Notes under the pieces: model-generated | Database searches by the model: none | Told to the model about the DNA's origin: nothing | The model's input: only the letters and a program-made list of their open reading frames with translations | Part shown: positions 37,601 to 46,106 of the stretch, in pieces | How positions within the stretch are numbered: the stretch's first letter is position 1 | Layout: each line of letters begins with the position of its first letter | Translations under genes and position numbers: made by a program | Virus record (IMG/VR): IMGVR_UViG_3300030104_003613 | Strand: one strand, 5' to 3' | DNA length: 64,000 bases | From: a virus

Positions 37601-40600
37601 AGTGAATCGGTATCAACGTTTAGAAGCGTTGAGGATTCGGTATATGCTGTGGCGATTGAGTCTGTTCTATCATAAGGATTGCTATCAAAGATATCGGACG
37701 GAGCGTTGAAAGCACCATACTTATGATTGGCAACACAAGTTCTGAAATTAATAGCAGCAGAACCAGCGGATGATGTTTCTTGCGTATCAAGCGAAGACTG
37801 CATCACACCAGTTACAGTCTCACCAGTCTGGAATACACCAGATGACATAGTAATTTGAATTAGTTTTGGTACACAGAATCTACTAATATCAACAGCATCA
37901 AAGAAAGCAAACATTCTGGTGAATGGTTTTAATCTTTTTGCGGTAAACTTGATATTACGAGATCTCATAAAGTTAATGATCTCTCTGTTAATAATTCTAT
38001 TACCAAGACTTTCGGTGTTAATCACCTCATTGACTGTCTGCTGACTACCAGTTCTTCTCTGACTTAATGAAACAGATCCATCAAGAGTAATCGACTCAAC
38101 TGTTGTTCTTGCGGCATCAATTCTATTATTAACAACACCCTGAGATCTTAGAATATCTCCCTGACTACCTAAATTGCCAGCGTTAGTTGCTGCTTCCAGA
38201 GATTGTGTGGTTTGATCAAGAGAAATATTAAGTTGAGCACCTACGGTCTCCCAAGAGTCCCAAACAACAGGAGCAACACCAACTCTTGATCCGTCTTCAG
38301 CAGTTTCAACTTCTGCATCAAGAAGACTAGCAATACTTGAGAAAGCACCTTCTTGTAGAACATCACGAACTTCAAGATTATTTGGTTCAATCCATACATC
38401 AACTGATGGTTCTAGTTCAATTGAACCAAGATAATTGTTAACCAGGAAGGGAGTTACATTTTCAACTCTTGTGGCGAAGGGTTGCTCCAACCAACTGGTA
38501 TCTTGATAGTCCAGGGTGAGCATATTGCCTGTTCTACGAACACCGGCACCAAAGATGGTGTTTCCAATACCAAGTTGTAAGTTAAATGATGTGCTGTAAT
38601 GAGCAGGTCTCAGAATTTTCTTCTTGGTGTCAATAGAGTTCTTAATACCAATCGTATCATCTTGAGGAATTCTAGTTGAGAAGTTATCAACGAAAATACC
38701 TGATTTAAATCTATTCAGTCCATTCGTATCTGGAACGAAGGTATTCAAAGTGGATTGTTCAAGTTGATCCAATGATGTATAATATTCAAGATTCTTGACT
38801 CTTTGTTCGATCTTTGCGATATCAATCATCTGATATCTCTTATGATCAATAAAGTTCAATTTAGCATCCTTTACGTTGTAAAGGTAAGCAGGCATATAGA
38901 TGTTAGCAATATTCAGACCATCTGTTACAGGTGTTGGAAGTTGAGGGACATCATCAGGAGCGCCATATCTAACAGAGAATGAACCATACTTATCAACATA
39001 CAGTCTATCTGCTCTTGCCAGATAATAATTGTAAGATACAGTCAGTGATTCATCGGAGGCAATTACATTTTTAGAACTATGCTGTCCACCGTTAAAGTTT
39101 CTGCCAAAGAATTCAAGTGGAGATCTTGTTCCAGCAGCAGTGCTATATTCGCTAACGCGAGGTCTGGCATCGATAATATCGGTTACTCTTTTTCCACCAA
39201 CAATTGAAATATCTGAACTGTAATCAAATGAATCATAGGAATTAACTGTAGTAATGTCCCCTGTGTCGCTAGACTCATAGTAACCAGCAGAGAAATAAAC
39301 TCTTAATTTTCTTGTTGGTGCAGGGAAATTGCCCTTTTTGACAATTCTTGAGAAATCATAGAATGAAGATCTTTGACCTTTTGCCAAAGAGTAGTTTCTG
39401 GTGATATTTTTAGAACCAATATTAATACTTGAAATATTACCAGTTACTGTCGAGTCAGCAAAACTGATTAGTTCACCTGGTTCAAACACTATATCGTTTA
39501 AGTAAACATATCCGATTGAATTTGTTGTTAATTTTTCGATCAGTCTTGCTTTTGATCCACTGGTTTGTCCTGTGATAATCTCACCAATAACCAAATCATT
39601 TGTGCTATTTGAAGGTCCGTTTAATTGCGAAACAGCAGCATTAGGAGATTGAGGATCAGTAACTCCATCTGCTTCATAGATTCCATAGATGTCCATTACA
39701 TCGGGGACATTTAAAGAAATGGTAGAATCTTGAACTCTTGTTCCAAAAGCATATGATCCAAATCTCAAACCATCATTAAGTGTTCCAGTGCCAATACCGG
39801 AAGCACTATTAATTGAATTATTAATAATGATACTGGAATTTGACTTTAGTTTAACCTTATTAGTAACGTTTGACTTTCTAATAGTGGCGATCAGTTTTGA
39901 ATTAGGATCGGAACCACTTAATCCTTTAATTTGAAGTTGTGTAGAACCAACAGTAAATACAAATTTATCAGTAGTCAGTGCTTCTGTTGTGCCATCAGAT
40001 CTAATTAAGGAGTATCTCTCTTCATCAAAAGCAAGGAAAACCTCTTTTAATGGATCATTGACCTGTAATACTTGTGTATCACCATTAGCATCAATTTGAA
40101 CATCGAAGTTATTTCTGATGATGATATTTGAATTTGTCAGGTCTACATTCTGGACATTGCTTTTTCCAAGAGCACTGTAAATAGAGTCATTGCTCGATTC
40201 ATTTCCTGTTCCAGTGGAACCTTGAAGTCTTGAAATAGCAGTTGTCAGATCTGTCAGAGAAGCACTGTTTTCTGGTGGAGATCCTTCACATACACCAGGA
40301 ACAGTGGTAACACCAACAACAGTAGCATCAGCACCATTGATACCTGTAACTCTAACCAGAGTAGGATCGTTGTTTTCAGCAAGAGTAAACCTGAGAAGGT
40401 TGCCTGCTGTTACAATACCTACAAAACCACCAGTATTGAGCGATGGACTTGTGATGGTTGATACACCTGTAGTGGCTCTTCCTGTGATTGAAGCGATACC
40501 AATAGAAATTCCTTGATGCTGTACAAGATCACCACTAAATGTGTTACCTGCTCCAACAGCATCAACAAATACAGATTTGACATCTGAAATTGTATGATTA

Positions 40601-42225
40601 TTGATATTGGTGATGAATCTTGCGTTGTCTAGAACACCATTAAACTTGATTCTCTCGCCGAATGTAAAATCACCCTGCTTACTGTAAGCGGTCAAAGCAG
40701 TTCCAGCATTTACATCATATCTCAGGAAAGCAGTTGCTCCGCTAGATTCGCCTTCAATATGAATGGAGTTTGAAGCGTTCAGGGTAATGCTGATATTGAT
40801 ATCAATGTCAGTATATGTTTGTACATCAAACATAGACAGATCCCACAGGTTATCCTGGGGGGTGCTGGTATTATATGAACCAGATTCTAATACAAAGTCA
40901 TAAACCCTAGCAAGACCAATTTCAGATCCGGGTGCTGCTGTGGCAATTCCACCAACTCTTTGATCTCTGAGACTTAAAGTTGTAGAGGTGTTAAACCCAA
41001 CGAGAGGTGATCCACTTACATTATTGACTTCAACAGTAGGTCCAAACGCAAAGTTAACTGCCTGATTTTCTAACAGACGAGTTGTTCTTGGTTTTGCTAC
41101 GTCAATTAGAGAGGGTGATCTAACATCTACCTCATATCCCTTGACATATGCCCTACCAGGTGATATCTTATAAACCATCAAATCGTCAGTGGGTGTATTA
41201 CCCTGACGTGTGACTTGACCTGGTTCGTAGACGCCTCTATTTCCTTCTTGATTGTTTAGCGACTCTCTTACAGTCGTTATGAATTCTTTAATATAGTAGT
41301 TTCCAGATTCTTCATACGTTCTCTTGGCAAATTCATCACCAAGTAGATTATATTTTGTATCGTCTGATTTTCTTCTTAAAGCACCACTCTGAACTTCGGC
41401 AAGTTGAACAAAGTTCTCCTCATCGTAACTGTTAATATCTTTCTTTGATAGAGTGGCAGTAATGCTTAATCTATCAGCACCAGGAGCAGCAAAGTTGTTG
41501 AAACCAGAAGCATTATCAGTTAAAATTGGATCTGTATCGGCAGAGATAAGTTCTTCTCTAATAGTCAGACCAATTCTATAACTTGGTGTTGTGCCGTACT
41601 GATCGAGAATTAGCAGTTGAGAAGGAACAGTAACAAAAGAACCTCTAATGAAATAGACGCCCTCTGCTATAACAAATGCTGTGCCATCAGTAGTGGCATT
41701 TTCTACGATAGTATTGGCAAATCCTTCACCTGCTCCAATAAATGTTGAGGCATAGGTAATTGCTTCTTCAACTTGAAGAACTTCATTGTCAAAGAATGTT
41801 TCCGTAGTATCATCAGTGGTGCTTGAATTAAGATAATTTACATAGAGTGTACAATTACCTTTTGATGACTCGGCATCAGTAATATATGTAATAACTTCCG
41901 CAGTAATTCCAGATTCGGAACCAACGATTTTCTTTCCTAATAATTCCTCAAGATATACAGTTACAGGAATGCCAAGGAACTGTGATTGAACTTGAACAGC
42001 ATGAAAATTAGGGTTGTAGTTCGTAGAACCCGGAATAACAACTGTTCCTTCTTTGAAGATGTTCGTTCCCATCTTCTCAATCTGATCTTGAAGGATAGAT
42101 TGAAGATTATTTAACTCTCTTGCCTGAATAGGAAAGGCAGGTTTAAAGAGTACCTTGTAGTAATTGTTGCGGGGGTCAAAGTCGTCAAAATAAGGAGCAA
42201 CATTGAGATTAGTTTCCTGTGGCAT
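34618..42225 (-). CDS. Large virion structural protein (VrlC/DUF4815-like)
   Basis: NLNVAPYFDDFD..VLFKP..QARELNNLQSILQ, APGADR, RTYEESG, GIFVDNF, DPLAQTF. Confidence 0.88.
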   Translation of the reverse strand: MPQETNLNVAPYFDDFDPRNNYYKVLFKPAFPIQARELNNLQSILQDQIEKMGTNIFKEGTVVIPGSTNYNPNFHAVQVQSQFLGIPVTVYLEELLGKKIVGSESGITAEVITYITDAESSKGNCTLYVNYLNSSTTDDTTETFFDNEVLQVEEAITYASTFIGAGEGFANTIVENATTDGTAFVIAEGVYFIRGSFVTVPSQLLILDQYGTTPSYRIGLTIREELISADTDPILTDNASGFNNFAAPGADRLSITATLSKKDINSYDEENFVQLAEVQSGALRRKSDDTKYNLLGDEFAKRTYEESGNYYIKEFITTVRESLNNQEGNRGVYEPGQVTRQGNTPTDDLMVYKISPGRAYVKGYEVDVRSPSLIDVAKPRTTRLLENQAVNFAFGPTVEVNNVSGSPLVGFNTSTTLSLRDQRVGGIATAAPGSEIGLARVYDFVLESGSYNTSTPQDNLWDLSMFDVQTYTDIDINISITLNASNSIHIEGESSGATAFLRYDVNAGTALTAYSKQGDFTFGERIKFNGVLDNARFITNINNHTISDVKSVFVDAVGAGNTFSGDLVQHQGISIGIASITGRATTGVSTITSPSLNTGGFVGIVTAGNLLRFTLAENNDPTLVRVTGINGADATVVGVTTVPGVCEGSPPENSASLTDLTTAISRLQGSTGTGNESSNDSIYSALGKSNVQNVDLTNSNIIIRNNFDVQIDANGDTQVLQVNDPLKEVFLAFDEERYSLIRSDGTTEALTTDKFVFTVGSTQLQIKGLSGSDPNSKLIATIRKSNVTNKVKLKSNSSIIINNSINSASGIGTGTLNDGLRFGSYAFGTRVQDSTISLNVPDVMDIYGIYEADGVTDPQSPNAAVSQLNGPSNSTNDLVIGEIITGQTSGSKARLIEKLTTNSIGYVYLNDIVFEPGELISFADSTVTGNISSINIGSKNITRNYSLAKGQRSSFYDFSRIVKKGNFPAPTRKLRVYFSAGYYESSDTGDITTVNSYDSFDYSSDISIVGGKRVTDIIDARPRVSEYSTAAGTRSPLEFFGRNFNGGQHSSKNVIASDESLTVSYNYYLARADRLYVDKYGSFSVRYGAPDDVPQLPTPVTDGLNIANIYMPAYLYNVKDAKLNFIDHKRYQMIDIAKIEQRVKNLEYYTSLDQLEQSTLNTFVPDTNGLNRFKSGIFVDNFSTRIPQDDTIGIKNSIDTKKKILRPAHYSTSFNLQLGIGNTIFGAGVRRTGNMLTLDYQDTSWLEQPFATRVENVTPFLVNNYLGSIELEPSVDVWIEPNNLEVRDVLQEGAFSSIASLLDAEVETAEDGSRVGVAPVVWDSWETVGAQLNISLDQTTQSLEAATNAGNLGSQGDILRSQGVVNNRIDAARTTVESITLDGSVSLSQRRTGSQQTVNEVINTESLGNRIINREIINFMRSRNIKFTAKRLKPFTRMFAFFDAVDISRFCVPKLIQITMSSGVFQTGETVTGVMQSSLDTQETSSAGSAAINFRTCVANHKYGAFNAPSDIFDSNPYDRTDSIATAYTESSTLLNVDTDSLSNENDSQFSGYIQQGMILRGNSSGAEAIVTRIALVTDRVGTLIGSYRVPDSANTANPTFETGRSNFKLSSSSTNSNVAGSVSSSAEQIFYSQGDLDNTQEVTLSLRNAEVETEDLDPETRVLAGVTDQTSIITNINAVRIPPPPPPPPPPDPPRPPDPPRPRRGDPLAQTFFVDDITGVYLSRVELFFQSKDTDHPVTVQIRETRLGTPTEMIVPFSTVVLEPNQVAVSEDGTTPTSFVFSSPVYLNPQTEYAITVLSDVTTYNVWISRFGETDVTTLATEAGSILVTEQPLLGSLFKSQNASVWTPSQYEDLKFVAYRCSFTSNGLVQFFNPNLPVDLEKITKNGISVRSRSMNVGVGTTISNTGNSAGNNLISGTDLIQVGSDFKGTVVGLAGSATGTISIVNAGIGYTPSSGQFTHTGVALTSITGNGINARADITVNGGVAIAATISGGGSGYNVADVVAPIHGNLVGLGNIGRDMKFSISELLGFNEIEVSNVQGELLYGAANFLRFTTQTGITSDVNVGTGGSVVPLATARVDAINDGLHVKVFQRNHGMYADTNRVTLQNVASDIPATALGAVYSRTSNAPISVGSTGNMADFEGLPVSVTNPGYVKIGNEIISYTGVAGNTLTGITSRGVDNTLPASHALNELVFRYEFGGVSLRRINKEHLFADSDITDGIGIDSYHVKINMAQSGTDRSATSSSYSSRYFTQGTTGGGIAARGTYNLPYSMVIPNLRTISPSGVSLNASVRTVSETSVDGTEVSFLDKGYQEVSLNEQNYFENQRMVVSPVNERTYLTSLPGQKSMTLNVNMNTSDARLSPAIDLDHASIIFVSNRANRPVTNYKGDVRVKDIPNDPNSLMYVSKNIILENPATSLRVFIDGYVSNFNDVRAFYAVNQDLPAEECIFTPFPGVNNTDEFGKVIQPFSADGGPDVFIPKSDIYTQMPSLNLFKEYKFSIDELDPFNFFRIKLVGTSTNQAVVPQFRNLRVIATV
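37108..37180. repeat. GC-rich low-complexity tract encoding poly-Pro / PPDPPRP
   Basis: Plus strand (GGC)n/(GGT)n runs; the protein reads PPPPPPPPPPDPPRPPDPPRPRRG. Confidence 0.8.
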
Positions 42226-42231
42226 AATTCT

Positions 42232-43803
42232 TTAGAACTGCAAGATAATCTTTACGTCTTCTTTCTGTGAGGATGACCTAGTGACAGAAGGTCTATTATC
42301 CACATGGATAATATTTCCAGAATACTTCTTGGACTCTGGTTGTGCCACTCCTTGAACAAAACTCTGACCAAGAAAGTATGTACGACTATTTATTACGGTA
42401 CTTATACCCGGAGAAGCGATGCTTCCGAAGTTAGTATCAATTCCAAGAGTTTGAGAACCACCACGAATATCAAAAGAACCACCGCTTGCTGGATCTCCTG
42501 TAAATCTTAATGTTTCAAAACCATATGTTGGTGAGGTATTCGCAGTTCCGTCAGTGTTAAATCCAGAATTGGTTCTATCTTGCCAATATTTCAAAACACC
42601 AGTAACCTGATCGTAGGAGATAACTCTACCGACTGCAGTCGAACCAACTCCGACTGTCTGTTCAATCTGAACATCAGTTGCAAATGAAGCAGTCTGATAT
42701 TGATTTCCTTCACTAGTTAATTTAAGAGCATATACAGCACTTGCCTTATCTTTTGAAAGGACTGTGTTTGAATCATTATCAAGAGGATTTTCAATCAAAC
42801 CAATTCTGGCAAATTCATTACCAGTGATAAAGTCTGGATTTTCGCTATCGTTTTCAAATCTTGAATATGTAAGAACATTAAAAGCACCCAACTCGCGATA
42901 GATATCAGCACCATGTCCACCATTAGGAGGTATAATGATATCAAAAGTTGGAGAAGTTGTTCCGGTTGGAACTCTTCCTGTCAGATTTAATGTTCCAAAA
43001 GTATAGTCAGAACCACCTTTGGATATGGAGACTGATTCAATCTTGGAATCATTGTTAACTACAACCGTCGCTTCCGCCCCTCTTCCGTCACCTTCAATGG
43101 GAACTCTTGTATATGTCCTTGCTGTTCCGAGTCCTACACCACGACCCCTAATAGTTACAATCTTCAATTGACCACTAGTGGCAGCATTCTGTCTTATGGG
43201 AGCATCATCAGTATTTGTTTCCCATGCGTTGGGGACGGGAATGTAATTTGTAGAATCAAACTTAATCGCTTGACTTGGTTTGATAGTATACAGATATTTC
43301 CAGATGTATCCGTCACCGCTACTACCTGCTGCTCTTGGTTCTAAATCTGTAAAAGTAGGTTCATCAAGAGATGGACTGCCTTGATAGGCATTTTCTGGGT
43401 TAGCATTATTGAAGAGACAAATATAAACTCTAAAATCAGAGTTCATTACAAAATAATTAGCATCATAAATGTCAAATGAACCAGATGGTTGAGATGGGTT
43501 ATCTCTGGTAATATCATTTCTCCACATATCATATGTGGTTCCCGACGACCAAGTTACTTTCCTAACGACCTGACTAATATCACTACCAGAAATCTTCTTC
43601 ATGGCAATCATATTGTCCCAATAATCATTGGACTCATCCAATGCATCCTTGGGAGATGGCGGATTAGTATTCCAATCCGATTGGAAATCAGAAGCGTTGG
43701 GGAGACCAATAAAGGTATAATACGAATTCGTGCTAGATTGAACACCAGCAACGAAATTCTTCGCATTAAGAATTCTTAATTGGTCAGTTATAATCGCAGC
43801 CAT
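42232..43803 (-). CDS. gp8: Baseplate wedge subunit
   Basis: AIITDQLRILNA, VYICL.N, GDGYIWKYLYTI, PP.GGHG, SG.IIHVDNR..QKEDVKIILQF. Confidence 0.93.
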   Translation of the reverse strand: MAAIITDQLRILNAKNFVAGVQSSTNSYYTFIGLPNASDFQSDWNTNPPSPKDALDESNDYWDNMIAMKKISGSDISQVVRKVTWSSGTTYDMWRNDITRDNPSQPSGSFDIYDANYFVMNSDFRVYICLFNNANPENAYQGSPSLDEPTFTDLEPRAAGSSGDGYIWKYLYTIKPSQAIKFDSTNYIPVPNAWETNTDDAPIRQNAATSGQLKIVTIRGRGVGLGTARTYTRVPIEGDGRGAEATVVVNNDSKIESVSISKGGSDYTFGTLNLTGRVPTGTTSPTFDIIIPPNGGHGADIYRELGAFNVLTYSRFENDSENPDFITGNEFARIGLIENPLDNDSNTVLSKDKASAVYALKLTSEGNQYQTASFATDVQIEQTVGVGSTAVGRVISYDQVTGVLKYWQDRTNSGFNTDGTANTSPTYGFETLRFTGDPASGGSFDIRGGSQTLGIDTNFGSIASPGISTVINSRTYFLGQSFVQGVAQPESKKYSGNIIHVDNRPSVTRSSSQKEDVKIILQF

Positions 43804-43835
43804 TTTAAGTAGACTTTTTTCTTATTTAGTGAGAT

Positions 43836-46073
43836 TTAACGAAGTTGTGGATAGATGAAAATAGTTCCACCCATTCCAGAGTGTGATGTACACTGATAAT
43901 ACAACGTATTAGGTGCATTCATGGTGACTTCAAATTTCACTGTTCCATTTGAAGCATCATTGTTAGTAACACCATTATTATATTGTGTTCCAGTTGACCC
44001 ATTAGGTGTAGATTGAATGCGGAATGGGTGAGCGCCCATGTTATTAACAAACTCATATACACTACCTCTCGCGAGATAGAGATCTGGGTCATTTGTGGTT
44101 ACCGTAAAACCAACACCAGTAAAGGTGTAGTCACTACTACCATTAGCACCAAGTGTCCATTTACCGCTAACAAGATCTGATCCATCACCTTCAAACGAAC
44201 CTGCTGTTGAAACCCCAGTAACAGTTAGTCCATCATTTAAGAGGGTGTTACCGTTAACAACTAGTGATGTACTAATACCAGTCGCAGCTGTGACATCGTG
44301 AATTGCTACAAGTGGTCCAGCGGAGAAGTTTCCATTTACACCAAATTGGAATCCTGCCTGTTGATTCAGAGGAAGGGAACCACCACCACCTCCATCAGTC
44401 ACAAAACGAAGAACACCGTTTGATGTGAACATTTGTGCGGCTACAGGAGCACCAGGACCATTGTAGTAGAATCCGAGGTGATTTGCTCCTGATCCATCAA
44501 CGTTTTGACCAACAGTGAAAGCCGCAATTCCATTTGGATTGACAACTGCAAGTTGACCATTTGGTGCAGCAGCACCAACACCAGCACCAACTCTCAGTGA
44601 TCTAATAGTACCGATACCAGCAGTCGCAATGCCAGTGATGTTAATATCACTTGCTGTTGACACACCACTAACAACAAGAGTATTTGCTCTTACTTCAGCA
44701 GTAGAACCACTACCTGTGGCAGTAGAGGTAATAGTTGTAATACCAGCGTTAGTTGTTACTGTGATATTATTACCCGCAGAAATCAAAGTAGTGATTCCAG
44801 TGAGATTTACACCACTCCCAGTGAAAGAAGTAGCAGTTACAATACCCGCAAACTCCGCATTACCACCTGCTCTGATAGTAACACCAATACCAGTAGTGGT
44901 GATACCAGTGGTGGTGCCATAAACAACACCAGAACTCGCGACTGGTGTGTTTCTTCCACCTGTGGTTGTACTGCTAGCCGTTATACTATCTTCAAAGATA
45001 CCAGATGAACCAAGTGCCTGGTTATTAGTAATGTTACCTTCCCTGTAATCAGGATCATTGAAGTTATAGACAGCCATCCATGAGGAATCTTCTACACTGT
45101 AAATTACGATTCTATCTTCTGGATCAAATCCAGCCTGTGCCACATAATAGTAATAGTTACTATCTGCGTGGAACAAAGCATTACCAGAATCTACTGTTCC
45201 AGTATCAAGAACAAATCCTGTGCTCTGAGCCTGATAAATTTGGTTGAAAGAAGATGGAGATAGACCAGAAGTAGTTAAGTTCTGCCAGTCTGTTCCTGCT
45301 GCTCCTGTTTGAGCAGTACGTCCAGCTCCGATAAACAGATTGTCACTAATGCTGGAAATACCAGTAACGAGAATCTGGGATGCTGTTATAATACCAACAG
45401 TAGATACACCAGAAACAACTAATGTATTTGCCCTTACTTCGGCAGTAGAACCACTGCCTGTAGCAGTAGAAGCAATAGTTGTAATGCCAGCATTAGTCGT
45501 TACTGTGATGTTACTGCCCGCAGAAATAAGGGTAGTGATTCCAGTAAGGTTTACTCCGCTTCCAACAAAAGAAGTAGCAGTTACAACACCAGCGATATTT
45601 ACATTATCTAAGTTTGTATGTCCATCTACATCTAGATCGCCATTCGCATCAATATTTCCAGTGAATGTGGATACACCAGAAATAACTAACGTATTTGCCC
45701 TTACCTCAGCAGTTGACGCTGCTCCGGTGATACCAGTAAGTTCTGATCCATCACCATAATATTTTGTTGCCTGGATTGAAGTTACACTAGTAACAACACC
45801 CAGTGTTGACACACCAGTAACAACTAATGTGTTTGCCCTTACCTCAGAAGTCGTCGCTGTTCCGGTAATCGTAACCGAACCATATGCTGTGCTAACTCCA
45901 ATGTTATCACCAGCAACAATCTGGGTTACAATACCAACATAAGCATTAGTACCATCACCGATGATACCATAAACTTCACTGAAGTTGGAATTAATTTTAG
46001 TAGCACCCGCCAACAGGGTATCCCCTGTACCATCATTAGGAGTTGTGCCTGTACTAATGCCTAGTCTTGCCAT
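43836..46073 (-). CDS. Baseplate-attached fibre with gp9/gp10-like N-terminus and cupredoxin-like C-terminus
   Basis: GTTPNDGTGDTL..KINSNFSEVY N-terminus; four (S)TxEVRANTLV repeats; C-terminal HPF...YYQCTSHSGM. Confidence 0.8.
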   Translation of the reverse strand: MARLGISTGTTPNDGTGDTLLAGATKINSNFSEVYGIIGDGTNAYVGIVTQIVAGDNIGVSTAYGSVTITGTATTSEVRANTLVVTGVSTLGVVTSVTSIQATKYYGDGSELTGITGAASTAEVRANTLVISGVSTFTGNIDANGDLDVDGHTNLDNVNIAGVVTATSFVGSGVNLTGITTLISAGSNITVTTNAGITTIASTATGSGSTAEVRANTLVVSGVSTVGIITASQILVTGISSISDNLFIGAGRTAQTGAAGTDWQNLTTSGLSPSSFNQIYQAQSTGFVLDTGTVDSGNALFHADSNYYYYVAQAGFDPEDRIVIYSVEDSSWMAVYNFNDPDYREGNITNNQALGSSGIFEDSITASSTTTGGRNTPVASSGVVYGTTTGITTTGIGVTIRAGGNAEFAGIVTATSFTGSGVNLTGITTLISAGNNITVTTNAGITTITSTATGSGSTAEVRANTLVVSGVSTASDINITGIATAGIGTIRSLRVGAGVGAAAPNGQLAVVNPNGIAAFTVGQNVDGSGANHLGFYYNGPGAPVAAQMFTSNGVLRFVTDGGGGGSLPLNQQAGFQFGVNGNFSAGPLVAIHDVTAATGISTSLVVNGNTLLNDGLTVTGVSTAGSFEGDGSDLVSGKWTLGANGSSDYTFTGVGFTVTTNDPDLYLARGSVYEFVNNMGAHPFRIQSTPNGSTGTQYNNGVTNNDASNGTVKFEVTMNAPNTLYYQCTSHSGMGGTIFIYPQLR
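44656..45590. repeat. Two ~185-nt imperfect direct repeats (about 44656-44845 and 45401-45590) inside the fibre gene
   Basis: Both copies encode VTATSFxGSGVNLTGITTLISAGxNITVTTNAGITTIxSTATGSGSTAEVRANTLVVSGVST. Confidence 0.85.
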
Positions 46074-46106
46074 TTCCTACAGCCAGTTTTTCGTAAAAGT
46101 ATTTAG

